A stretch of 64,000 nt of DNA from Gracilinanus agilis (Eukaryota), in the NCBI RefSeq assembly GCF_016433145.1, contig NC_058133.1, forward strand, positions 74,878,155 through 74,942,154, given 5' to 3'. Below the pieces are notes generated by a model. It was not told the DNA's origin. It saw nothing but the letters and a program-made list of their open reading frames with translations, and searched no databases. The position numbers and the translations under genes were made by a program. Below are positions 35,019 to 47,269 of this stretch, in pieces (positions within the stretch are counted from its first letter, which is position 1; every line of letters starts with the position of its first letter).

Positions 35019-37715
35019 TGGCCCATGCTTTTATGGCAATACTTCTTCCCTCTTCCCAGGTATTTAAAATGGCTGGAGATCTATGGCCAGGAGAGTCCAA
35101 TGTAAGTAGGCACTAACATGGTGACATCATAAATATTGCAGGAGGCACTAATAACCTGGGTCCATTTCAGCCTTAGAATATCTTCCCTGCCTCATCCAAA
35201 GAAGCAATGAAATAGTCTATTGATGTGGATTAAATAAAAATCCCTTGTGTGTTTTGCCCAGTGCTATCTGCTTAGCCTCTGGTTTGCCCATATATAATTA
35301 GAAATGAGAGTTGCTTTGTCCAGAACGAACACATTAGTCTGGGCGTGAGCATCTCCAGGCAACGGATGTACCACCATGATTAGTGCTGGGTTTAGATAAG
35401 TATCTTGCTCCAGCATATGCAGGTGGATGAGCTTCCCTTACCCAGGGACTGAGAGTTAACATTTTTGACTGACTCTGGCTTTGACTTTGGAAGGAAGAAA
35501 CAGGAATCTGTTGATCCCTATGAGCAGTTAAATGTTCCCAGCCCTCCATAATTTAATGGATGAGCCAAAGTGATATGAGGCCACTTAAAGAGACCAACAA
35601 AATGGGTCTTTTAGGACTAAATTGAAATGGAATTTGGATACTCCAGGTAGAGACAGATTTGGGAAGCAAGGTATTTATATTATATGAGATGGATGTAAGG
35701 CGGTATACATAGTATTATGAAAACAAGAGAAAAAATGTCATTAAGTCAAAGCTTTGTTTTTGTCAATAGGGGAAACATTCATCCACCATGCCAGGTTCTG
35801 CTCTACAAAATATAAAGTCCAAATAAAGGGATATTGGAAGAAAGATCTTATGTAAGAGGTGATACCTAGGCTGTGCTTTGAAGGAAACTAGGAATTCTAT
35901 AACACAAAAATGAAGGGACAAATTCCAAACATGGTATCTCAATTGGATCTGCCTTTGATACTGTCACTTCCTATTTTAAACCCTATAACTAAATGTGTTG
36001 TTCAAAGATCACGTAGCCAGGAAACACTAGATTCAAAACTTAAACCCAGGTCTCCTGATTTCAGATCTGGTGTTCTTTCCAAACCAACATATTATCTCTG
36101 AAAAGATCATTGAGTTCCTAAATATGCCTTTGAGGATTCCTTTCCCATCAGCCCAGATCCTCAGTTAGTTGCTATCTCACCCAGAATTCCCCTTTGCTGA
36201 TTTCTCAACTTTGAAAGCAGAATGAGTTGTCAATCAAGAGATATTTGAAGAAAACATTAAGGGGTACTAGGCATTATTTTCATTCTTCTCCTATATAGAA
36301 GGAGCTGAGGAGATAAAAGACTTGCTTCCAGGCAGAACAAGCCTGGTCCCTGGAACACTTTCAGATCTCTACTTGTCAGCTCAGAAAAGACCTTTCTTCT
36401 CCCTCTCTTCTCAGATCAGTTCTGGCTCTCCACTGTCCACACAACACAATGATTTCCACCAAGCCAATCTCACACAATCTCTCACTAAATTAATCTTACA
36501 TATAGCAACTTGTGCTAGCTTACTTTATGGCTTTAAAGAACTCCAAGGACTTTCTCCCTCTGCTCCTTTTGCCAGGCTTGTATATGATGGAGTAGAAAAA
36601 ACACACAAAATTCTCCAGAATCTGAATTTCATGTTCTCTGGGGTCTTACCTTATAGCAGATGAAGTGTCTGTGTGCGCGAGTTTTGTTTTCTTTGTGCAC
36701 GACTATTATTGAGACTAATATGATCGTGAACAGGCCTCTTGTGCAGCATTTGTGGTTTCATTTGGCTGAAGCTGTTTTTAAGCCTGCAAACCTTCTTCTT
36801 CCCACATAGCTCATCTACAAAGACTCACCTTTGACTCTGACTCCGATTCAAAGGGAAGAGGTTTGAATTTTCCCCACAACCTATAAATTCTGGGACAGGA
36901 CAACTGCATCATCTGGGTGCTGCTTAGCACTGGTGATAGATGAAAAGTAGGACTGAACTCTAGATGAATGCCAGAGCATAGATGGCTAAAAGCTACCACA
37001 CCATTAACAATGTTATTACTGATGTTGAATTCCTGTGTTTTTGAGTCATTTCTCTTAAAGTACCTCCTGATTCAGAAATTATTACCCAGTTCTCTGCCTA
37101 ATAAACTAGAGCTCTGGGACTCTTCCAGGTGATTTTTGTGTCGGGCGTTCTGCCCTGATGATGACACCTTTGCTCTTCCATTGCTACCCTAGTAAGAAGG
37201 AATAAATGCATATTTTCTTATGCTGTTGAAAAAAAGAAAAGCAGCAACATTATTATAGTTGCCTACATCCCATCCCCAACAAAGAATGGTCTTTGGAAAT
37301 CACTGTCAGTTTGGTAGCTTACTTGTTGGTAGATATTCATAGTCATATTAGCGATGACTTCTTAGTTCTGATAACAATATATCGTGTTTTGACAGCACAG
37401 TAAACATTGCCCCCTGCCACTTGTCAAATCATATTAACAGTTCCCATTCGTATAATTCTCTTTCTCTTTCTTTCCCTCAAACACACACACATACACTTTA
37501 CTAAAGTATAGCACTCTGTGAAGCATCTTCCTCACAACAACCCTGTGAGATAGTTAGTTGATGCAAGGATTCTTACCCCTATTTTTATAGATGGGGGAAC
37601 TGAGAATCAGAGAGTCTGGGTAACTTGCTCAGGGTCATATTGCTAGATTTGAGACTCAAGTCTCCTGACTCCATATCTAGGACTCTTCCCTATACCAACT
37701 TGTCTGGTCATTAAG

Positions 37716-38100
37716 AACAACTCAAAACTGGTTTTAGAAAAGATCTATTTTAGTGTTTAAATATATATATATGGTAAATATGAACAACTAAGATGGTTTT
37801 AGAAAAGATTCACTTTAGTGTATATAAATATATATTATGTGTATATATTTTTCTTCATTCCTAGTCAATAAAAAAATTCAAAAATGACTTCAGAAAAGAT
37901 TTGTTTTAGTATTTACATATGTATTTTGCATGTATTTGATATTTGATATACATATATGGATGGCAAAATTAAACAACTCAAAAATGGTTTGAGAAGATTC
38001 ATTTTAGCATATAAATATATATGTTATATATTTAATATTTCTATACATTTCCATCTGACAAAAACAATTAAAAATGATTTTGGAAAAGATTCATTTTAAC
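37716..38100. repeat. Degenerate spaced direct-repeat array (5 copies of an about 40-nt motif with (AT)-rich spacers)
   Basis: Motif aacaactcaaaaatggttttagaaaagattcattttag near 37716, 37783, 37869, 37971, 38062. Confidence 0.85.
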
Positions 38101-38171
38101 TTGTACGTCTATATTAAATATATGTGACATATAAACAAATATGAACATATATGTATCATTATGTATAAACA

Positions 38172-38442
38172 TATAGACAGATAGGAAGAGAGAGACAGGA
38201 GAGAGTGAGAGAGAGAGAGAAAGAGAGGGAGGAGAAAAAGAAAGATTGAGAGGAGAGAGAAAGAAAGAAGAAAGAGCGAGAGAGGAGAAAGATTGATAGA
38301 GAAAGAGAGAGGGAGAGAGAGACAGAGACAGAGAGAGACAGAGAGTATGGGAGGGAGGAGAAAGAGAGATTGAGAGGAGAGAAAAGAAAAAGAGTGAGAG
38401 AGGAGAGAGATTGAGAGAGAGAAAGTGAGGGGGAGAGAGAGA
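38172..38442. repeat. Imperfect (AG)n polypurine tract
   Basis: About 270 nt almost entirely A/G on +. Confidence 0.95.
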
Positions 38443-38769
38443 GCACTTCCAAAAAGCTGCATTGTAAATGTGTCAAGCCAGATATTTCACTCTGTCTTAG
38501 ATTTCCCTCAGTCCCTAGCACAGAAGATAAATCAATCAATAAATACTTTCTGGATGCCAACATATGGTTAGCACCTTAGAAGTTTTTAAGTTATCCTGTA
38601 CACATCTGGGATAGTTCATACAATAAGATAAATTCTCTCCCAAAAATGGGAGTCAATTTATACTCACAGTCAGCCTCTATTATAACAATACTCAAAGGAA
38701 CTGTGATTTCATCAGTCTGGCAACTTGCATCTATCTACGAAAGCAGACACTTACAGACAAATCCTAGGG

Positions 38770-39042
38770 CAGTGATGGTGAGCCTTAGAGATGGAGTGCC
38801 AGGCCCCATCCTCCAACTGAGTGCTGAGTCCATACCCCAAGAGACTTCGTGCCATGCCCCTCCCCCCTACCAAGTACACCCTGCACCCCCCCCCCATTTA
38901 CCCCACACAGGGAAGGGAGAAAATGCTCCCATTGGGAGGGGTGTGTGATATGAAAAAATCTGAGGGGAGGGGGGTGCACATACCCACAGAGAGCACTCTA
39001 CATGCCATCTTTGGCAACCATGTCATAGGTTCATCATTACTA
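38770..39042 (-). mobile_element. hAT MITE (CAGTGATGGCGAACCT-type TIR family)
   Basis: cagtgatggtgagcct...aggttcatcattacta; perfect TSD tcctaggg at 38762-38769 and 39043-39050; opposite orientation to the 44677 and 53620 copies. Confidence 0.9.
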
Positions 39043-39229
39043 TCCTAGGGAGTTTTTGAGGCTTACAGAGTTTAAGTGACTTGCTCATGGTTATATACCT
39101 AATTATGGTCAGAAGCAAGATTTGAATTGATGTCTTTCTAAGTCTGAGCTTATACCACACCAGGCTGCTAATTACATTTGAAAAAGTACTGTTCAGCTAT
39201 TTAGCCAACCCAAGCTCTTCTCTTATTTA

Positions 39230-39965
39230 CATATTACAAAGGGGAAACCTTTTTGTTGTTATAATTTTTCAATATTTAATTTCAATTATTTGTTGAGTGT
39301 TTCTCTTTACATTGTTTTTTGCCATTGTATTTTTTGTTTTCTTGGCTTTGCTTACTTTGGTTTGCTTCAGTTCATCCAAGTCTTTCCATGCTTTTCTGTA
39401 GTCCATGATATCTCTCATTTTTTATAGCACAGTAATATTCTGTTATATTTGTGTTCCATAATTTGTTTAGCAATTTCCTGATATGTGTGTGTCTATTTTG
39501 TTTCTAGTCCTTTGCTTACCACTCCCTCCAAACATGCTGCTATAAATATTTTGGTAAATATGAAGACATTCTTTTTTTTTTTAATCAAAGACCTCCTTGG
39601 AAAATATGACTGTAAGTGAAATATCTGAGCCAAAGGGTTTGGCATTTTATTCATTTTATTTGCATAATACCATATTACTTTCCAAAGTAGAAATTTATAG
39701 GAATTTACAGGTGCACCAACAATGCACTAAGTATGCCTTTCTTCTCTCAATACCTCCAACATTGGCTATTCCCATTCTTTGCCCTTTTTGCCAGTTTGCT
39801 GGGTATGAGACGGAACCTCAAGGTTGTTTTGATTTTAATTTTTCTCATTATTGGCAATTTTGAGCATTCTGTCATATGGTTGTTAATAGTTTGCAATTAT
39901 TTTAATCTTTTTTTTGAGAAATATTTGTTCATGTCCTTTGACCATTTATTGGGGAATGGCTTTTG
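39230..39965 (-). mobile_element. Old L1 3' fragment
   Basis: gtttgctgggtatgagacggaacctcaaggttgttttgattttaatttttc...atttgttcatgtcctttgaccattt. Confidence 0.8.
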
Positions 39966-40177
39966 GTCCGACCCATATTTTCAAATCAGATGGCAAATAC
40001 AACTCAGAATGTTAGGGGCAGACATAGAGATAAATTTTTTAATCCTTTCCACCTCTGGTTTTCCTAGGCAGCCTGACAGAGGATGAAATGCTGAGTTGTA
40101 GGTAGTAATCTAGTTTGGCTGGAAATTATAGTGCAAGAAGGGAAGTTTCATGAAATAAGAATGAAAAGATGTGCCTT

Positions 40178-40365
40178 AGGGAACTTAGGTGACTCAGTGG
40201 ATAGAGAAGGCCTAGAGACCAGAGGTCCTGGGTCCAATTCTGACCTCAGACACTTCCTAGCTGTGTGACCCTGGGCAACTCAATTGCCTACCCCTGAGCA
40301 CTCTTCTGCCTTAAAACTGATACTGAGTATTAATTCTAAGACATAGGGTAAAGTTTTTTAAAAAA
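40178..40365 (+). mobile_element. Opossum SINE1 copy
   Basis: gtgactcagtggatagagaaggcctagagacc...gggtaaagttttttaaaaaaa. Confidence 0.85.
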
Positions 40366-40525
40366 ATGAACCTAAAGATCAATGGGACTTTCTATCTCCC
40401 TACATTTGAACTATCCTATATATGTTGTGTCCCCTTATTAAAATATGAGCTCCTTGACAACAGGGACTATCTTGCTTTTCTATTTATATGCTTACTGCTA
40501 TATGTTGTAAGTGCTTAATAAATGC

Positions 40526-41353
40526 TGTTATAATGAATTTGTTTAATTTTTGTTCTGTCTTCTTAGGAGCAGAATTTCTAGGTTAGAGGAAGTGAAGTAA
40601 TATCACTCTGCCTCTTTAAGAGCAGAAGTCTTTTCAAACTCACACTCTCTCTGTAAGAGGCAGTAGCAGATAGATTTTTGACCTCCCTCTCTTTAAGAGA
40701 AAACAAGAAAAACAGAGATTGTCAGTTAAGCTTGGCTCTATTTTTCTCTGTCTTCTGAGGAAGCAGGGTGTTTGGATTTTTGTGGGAGTGTGCTCTCTGT
40801 CACAAATATCTGGCAGTTGGCTGTTGAGAGTTGGAATTTATATATGAAGTTAAGAAAGAAGTTTATCTCGGAGGGATTTCTTCTCAGCACCTTGAGGAAG
40901 AAGGGCCTGATCCTAAGTGCTCTTCTCCTCAAAACTAGAGGGCTGTCTGTGTTTCCACCACTGACAGTTTGAATTTTTGATACTTGGTTAAGGAGGTTGA
41001 AGATTTTTATTAATTAGCATAGTTTAGTTAGATGGAGAATATTATTTTAGATTAATGAGAGTAAATTTAAGGAGGTCTGCAATGTCAGACAAGAAGAAAC
41101 TGCAAAGAAAGCAGTTAGATTCTGGGGGGTTTTTTTTAGATATTTTTAGTATAGGATTAGAATTTTAAGACATAATATAAGAGTTTTAAGACATACTTTC
41201 CTACCTCCTACTCCTATCCAAACTTCTCTGTAATAAATAATGCTGCTGGCTTACCAGAAAGATCCCCATAGCTTTTATCAACTTCCTATTGATATCTAAT
41301 AACCCCTGACAACTTTATCAATCTCACCTATACAACATTCATTAGCTATAACA
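40526..41353 (+). mobile_element. ERV1-class solo LTR, 828 bp, inserted in an L2 3' end
   Basis: 7-bp terminal inverted repeat tgttata...tataaca; 4-bp TSD atgc (40522-40525, 41354-41357); AATAAA near 41234; removing it restores the L2 tail gcttaataaatgctttttcattcatt. Confidence 0.9.
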
Positions 41354-42049
41354 ATGCTTTTTCATTCATTTGTTCAAAGGTAGATTGAAAGCGTATTGTA
41401 TAGAGCCCTTGAGGAACAAGCTAAGAAGTTTGTTTTTATTTCTGAATTTTAAGACTATAAACTTCGAAAGGACAGGAAAGTACCTTCTCCCATCGCCTGG
41501 CATGGTATTCTACATATGTCTACATATATTAATACCTGTCTGTTAAATTGAACTGAATTTCAAGGGTCAATCTCTTTTGTCTCGAAGCAGTTAGAAAGTA
41601 GTGGGCCTTCCACTACTTACTGCTGGAGGGATTTGTATATGGGGCTCTTAGCCAGGGAAGATTCCATTAGGGGATTTAATCAGCAGGCAGGGCACTGGTC
41701 CAGGGCAGAAGGAAAGAAGCAGTTCAATTAATTCCAGAGATCTCAAGCAGAGCCTCCTCTGGCCTGTTTCATCCAGAAATGAGGAAGGGGCTTCATTTGA
41801 ATCAAACTGCTTAAAACAAGCAAGACTCACAAATATTGTAAGCATTGATTGTCATATGTTCATAGTCATCACTAGAGTATCTTGGGACACTTCCTTATGC
41901 ACAATTTTCAGTCCAACCAAACTGGTTTTCTTGTTATTATTTTTTTTAATGTAACATTCTATCTTTCTAAGGTGGATGTGTTTCCCCTCTTTACTTCAGT
42001 CTCTTGGAATCCCCACTTTCTATCAAAACCTAGCTCAACCACCACTTTC

Positions 42050-42366
42050 TTCTTCCTTCCTTCCTTCCTTCCCTTTTCCTTCCTTCCTTCCTTCCTTCCT
42101 TCCTTCCTTCCTTCCTTCCTTCNNNNNNNNNNNNNNNNNNNNNNNNNNNNNNNNNNNNNNNNNNNNNNNNNNNNNNNNNNNNNNNNNNNNNNNNNNNNNN
42201 NNNNNNNNNNNNNNNNNNNNNNNNNNNNNNNNNNNNNNNNNNNNNNNNNNNNNNNNNNNNNNNNNNNNNNNNNNNNNNNNNNNNNNNNNNNNNNNNNNNN
42301 NNNNNNNNNNNNNNNNNNNNNNNNNNNNNNNNNNNNNNNNNNNNNNNNNNNNNNNNNNNNNNNNTT

Positions 42367-42397
<31 letters not shown>
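42050..42397. repeat. (TTCC)n/(TTTC)n microsatellite spanning an N gap (42123-42363)
   Basis: Seen directly in the sequence. Confidence 0.95.
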
Positions 42398-42400
<3 letters not shown>

Positions 42401-42491
42401 CATGGTCTTTCCTTATTCCCCTTAGCTGGTGGTGCTTTTCCTCAAAAATTTATCTTAGATTGGCTATATATGTATATATATATATACATAT

Positions 42492-43080
42492 ATGTTGTCA
42501 ACTTGGGAAAACATAGACTCACTAAAATAGTCAGAATAACCAAATCTTTAATCAGGTAAGAGACAAGTTCATTATATTCGGCCACCACACAAAGGCAAGC
42601 ACTTAAAAAACACATAGAGCCAAGGCTCTGGGACTCTGGGAACAGTGTCTATAAGAGAATACACCACCAGCAATGATTCTCCAAAGAGTAACAGAACTTG
42701 GGGGTCTTATATACCTTTGTGGGGGGGAAGGACAGGGAAGAATGATTGTCTAGCTCTACATTGGATACAAGGAAGGGAAAAGCCCAGGGCATGACTGACA
42801 GGAAAAGGCTGATGTTTTGCAATACAAAAAGATGTTTCCAGCCAGGTGCTGGACTCATGGGTTAATGCTGATAAACTTTTAAAACTAAGCCAGGATACCC
42901 AAGGCTTGATTGATTACTAATCTTATCTAAAACTGGGATCATGAAGTACCTCAAAGTCTATTGTTCAGTTCAGAGGTAGGGTCAGTTAAGTTACTGATGT
43001 CAGTCAGGGGCTTCCCCCAAGGCAAGTTCCTAAAGGACAAAGAGGCAAACTTGGGTTTTCCAGAAATAGAGTTGTAGTGT
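42492..43080 (-). mobile_element. Probable ERV LTR
   Basis: Starts tgttgtca; on - strand has a TATA-like motif (about 42710) and ATTAAA (about 42547) in LTR order; ends not resolved. Confidence 0.5.
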
Positions 43081-43961
43081 ATACAGATGTTTATATAGAC
43101 ATCTCTACCAAGAGAATAGAAACTCCCTGAAGAAGGGACTGTCTCCTTTTTGTCTTTGTGTCCCCAGTGCTGGGTACATTGTAGATACTTAATAAATGCT
43201 TGACTAACTGAATAAGACCCTGAGAGAGATTAAGGGGCACAGATATCCCACTTGATCCTAAACAAGTATGGGCCACAGCATTTCCCCATGAAGTCAGGAA
43301 ACTTTTCCAAGACAAAAAAATGGAATAGCCTCTATAACACAAGCAAGACAAAATGCCAACATGCTCTGCCCCAAGATAGAGTTTCCAGAGGCTACAGGCC
43401 CTTCTTATCCCCTTTTTCCACTGCCCTAAGCCCTAGGTACATGCTGATTGACCTCATAGGTAGATAGATAGGCATCAGTGACAAAGAGAAAGATTGCTCG
43501 AACTCAGAGTCAAGTTTTTTCTTTAGATTTACATGAAGACTTCTGAAATCTTATTTCCATGCTATGTGGCTAAGTCTAATAATTCAAGCTTATCTCCTTA
43601 TAGCATTTTAAGGTTTGTAATCTGCTTTCTTCATGACAAAGCTGTGAGATCAGAATTGTAAGAATCATTAGTTCTCTCAGTTAGCAAGTGTCCAAAGTGA
43701 AAATAGAAAAGAGGGCTTCTGACTCCAAATTGGGTTATTTTCAATAAACATAATTTTAATAGCCCATTATGTTCAAGGCATTGTTGAGGTCTGGGGATAC
43801 AAAGAAAAAAGTCCAATCCTTACCTCCTTAAGGTGCTTATATTTTGTGGGGGATGCAATATCCAAACAGATGGGTAAATAATAAATAATCTGAAGGGAGA
43901 ACTCTAACAACCAGGGGTATCAGTGAGATAATGAATATGCTTTGAAATTATAAAATCCTAT

Positions 43962-44056
43962 TTGAATGTAGTAATAGTGTTAGTAGTACTTAGAAGCAGT
44001 AGCAGCCGAAGTAGTAGTAGCAGCAGTAATAGCAGTAGCAGTAGCAGCAGTTGTAA

Positions 44057-44137
<81 letters not shown>

Positions 44138-44189
44138 TGGTGGTAGTGGTAATAATAGTAGTAGTGGTAGTGGTGGTGGTAGTAGTAAT
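43962..44189. repeat. Compound (AGT)n/(AGC)/(GGT) trinucleotide repeat
   Basis: Long pure (agt) core at about 44057-44130 with variant flanks. Confidence 0.97.
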
Positions 44190-44676
44190 CCATGGTCTAA
44201 AGCTCAAGCTCTGAGTTTACACAGACATGATTCAATATTGGGGGGCATCTCATAAAACATTCTTTTTGGCTTATGCTCCCACTTGGAATTTCCCCTTGGA
44301 ACACTGAAATATGGTTTGCATCTGGGTACTTAGGAAGGGTGGTTCTGTCTTTTGCTGCTCCAAAATTCTCTCCTACTTAGTCCAAGAACTCCTCTTCTCT
44401 CTCTGGGAGGTTTGATCTAGGTATTTCTCCAGTGAATAGTTTCCCCTCCAGGAATTCATTCATTACTTTGCCATAGCTTCTTCTAGGCTGCCATCACTGA
44501 CGCCGACATACTCCAATTTATCAAACTATAAAGGTATTTTAGGAGGGTCTATGAACACAAGTGAAGGCACATTTATTATTGTTGTTTAGGGTGTCATTAT
44601 TGATGTTATTATTTCAGGTCTTTCTATTACATTTTATTTTAATTTGTGTGATGGTTAGAATGTCCTCCTTCTAAGT

Positions 44677-44948
44677 CAGTGATGGTGAATCCATGGCATG
44701 TGTGCCAAAAGGGCACATAGAGCTTTCTCTGTGGGCATGCCTAGACTCGAGGCGTGCCCACCACCATGCACCTGAGGATATTCCTTGCTTTATTTGCCCC
44801 TCTTCCCAGCAGCCAATGGGAGCGCTTCCTCCTCCCCTGTCTGGGGTAAGGGGAGGGGCAGGGGGTTTGAGAGGGGGTCAGGACATAGCACTTAGTCTCT
44901 GGTGGGGCAGGGCATGGCACTCTGTTTCTAAAAGGTTCTCCATCACTG
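44677..44948 (+). mobile_element. hAT MITE (CAGTGATGGCGAACCT-type TIR family)
   Basis: cagtgatggtgaatcc...aaaggttctccatcactg; TSD ttctaagt / ctctaagt. Confidence 0.9.
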
Positions 44949-45169
44949 CTCTAAGTTCTTTAGGGATGATTGTGGCCCTGGATCTCTTTCATAGTTACAT
45001 CAGAGAAAGGTACCATCTTGGAGCTCCTTCTGAGGAGGAGAAATTCTGAAGGATTTGTAGGCCCTGAAACAACCTGGTGATCACTATAGACATCTAAGAA
45101 TAATAAATTAAAATTAAATACTTCCCTGAAATCTGGTTTTTAAAGACTATACCCACAGAATGGAAACTT

Positions 45170-46925
45170 TGACAGGGAGCTTATGCAGAGAATCACTGAA
45201 TTTCAGAGTTGAGAAAGCCCTCAGAGGCCATCTAGTCCAACCCAAACTTAAACAGGCCAAAAGTAGAAAGTAGACTTCAGGCTTTGTTTGAAGACTTCCA
45301 GTGAAATGGAACCCAGTCCTTCCTCCCTTTCCAGGCAGCCCATTCTACTTGGTTAAGAACTTTTTTCTGACATCAAGCCTAAATATGATTCTGTATAACT
45401 TTAACCCATTGCTCTGAACTGCACTCTCTAGGGCCACACAGATATGTCTAATCCCTCTTGCAGATGACATATTTTCAAACAGCTATCTCATTACCCCTAA
45501 GTATTTTTTTCTTGAAGCCAAACACATCCATTTCCTTGTACTGCCCCAACACGGCATGATCTCATTCACCATCTTGTTTGCCCTCCCTTTTATGGATGTC
45601 TATGTCCATCCAAAAATTGGTGCCCAGAAGTGGACAATGTGGTCTGACCCAGATAGACTATCACCTGCCTTGCCTCTAATACGATGCCTCTCCATGTTGT
45701 TTAAGATCATGTTAGGTGTTTAGGCTACCACGTTGATGCTACTCACTCATATTGAGGTAACAGTGAACTGAAAACCCCCAATATTTTTCTTATTAAATGT
45801 TATCTAGTCACACTCCTCTCCTATTTTGTACCTGTGGAGTTGTTTTACAAACCTAAGGGTAAGCTTTTACAATATCCTTATCAATTTTAGTTGGTAAACA
45901 CCAATGGATCCTATTACCTTCAGGATCAAATACAAAAACTTGTGTTTAGCTTTCAAAACTCTTCATTGGGAGGTGTAGCCAAGATGGTGGCTTAGGAGCA
46001 GTGGAAGCTGAAATGGCTCTGAGAATCCTTCCAAAACTCTTCATAACCAAGTCCTTTCATAAATTTCCAGTCTTCTTAAACATTATTCCCCTCTACCTAG
46101 TGACACTGGCTTCCTTGCCATTCTTCACATAAGACACAATGTCTCCCAACTCTTCATTTTCACCCATTTTTCCCATGAGTAGAATTCTCTCCCTCATCTC
46201 TACCTCCTGGCTTCTCTGGCTTCATTGAAATTTCAGCAAAAAATAAAAAAATCTCACCATCTTCAAGAAGTCTTTTTCATTCTCCTTAATTCTAGAGCCT
46301 TCTCTCTGAGACTTATCCTTTATATACTGGGTCTATACATAGCTCTTGGTATATTGTCTCCCTCATTAGACTGTGAGGTCCTTGAGGACAGAGATTTCTT
46401 CCCCCTTTTTGCATCCCCAGCACTTAGCATAGTATCTGGCACATAGTAAGCATCTTAAAAAATTATTGGTGACTTGACATTAGAGTTATCTTAATATTCT
46501 AGCCTGTTGTCCTGACTCTGTTATGCAGCATATTACCCAAGTTTGTGTCACTGGAAAATTTGGGAAGCCTGCCATCTATACCTTCATTTAAGTAATTGAT
46601 TAAGAAACAATAAACCAACACAACGACACCAAACAATATATCATCAAACATATCCCTGGGGCACTCTAGTAAAGAGAGCTTTTAAGTTGACATTTAGTCA
46701 CCCATGATGCCTCTTTGGATCCAGTCAATTCAACCAGTTCCAAAACCAATTAACTATTCAATCATTCAGCATTCTTTATTTTTCTTATCCAGAGAAATCA
46801 CATAAGAAATATTGTTAAGCTTTGTTAAAATCTAGTTAAAATGTAGCCATAGCATTCCTCTGATCCAGCAACTCAGTAACCCTGTCCAAAAGGGAAATGA
46901 GGTTAATCTGGCATGATGTGTTTTT
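45170..46925 (-). mobile_element. L3/CR1 LINE fragment, interrupted by an L2 fragment (about 45900-46470, +)
   Basis: cagaggccatctagtccaaccc...ttttttctgacatcaagcctaaat L3 3' end; RT-derived sequence resumes at about 46480. Confidence 0.7.
45967..46031 (+). mobile_element. 65-bp fragment matching the extreme 5' end of a marsupial L1, flanked by 13-bp direct repeats
   Basis: gggaggtgtagccaagatggtggcttag...; direct repeats caaaactcttcat at 45954-45966 and 46032-46044. Confidence 0.7.
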
Positions 46926-47269
46926 CATTTTGTCTTAGACTGTTGTCTAGCTGCCCAAAGGAGTTTATATTCTTAAAAGGAGGTTTAAAAAGTCATGTAA
47001 CATGTAAGTACACACAAGATATAGTAAAAGGATGGCTACAAGGTAATTTGAGAGAAAAAGGCATTAACAGGTAGAGGGACCAGAGAAGACCTCACAGAGA
47101 AAATAGCATTTGAGTGGAGTGTCTGGAAAGGTACTATGGATTTCAAGATGTGGTAGTAAAAAGGGAGAACATTCCGGGAATGGGGGGGGGGAGACCAATG
47201 TGACATTCCCTCAACTCTCCTAGATAAAGTATTTCTGATTATTCTTGAGCAAAAAATGGAGAGATATGA

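Noticed and set aside
37716-38100. CRISPR array
   Set aside because: Mammalian context, degenerate repeats, low-complexity spacers of very unequal length, no cas genes
38109-38563. Leu/Ser-rich ORFs as membrane proteins
   Set aside because: Translations of the (CT)n strand of the AG tract
41882-42559. Longest ORFs in the track (225 aa, 149 aa) and the X-rich ORFs near 17.6 kb and 32.1 kb
   Set aside because: Artefacts of N gaps and TTCC/TTTC repeats
43962-44255. Poly-Ser/Thr/Tyr ORFs as real proteins
   Set aside because: They are just reading frames of the (AGT)n microsatellite
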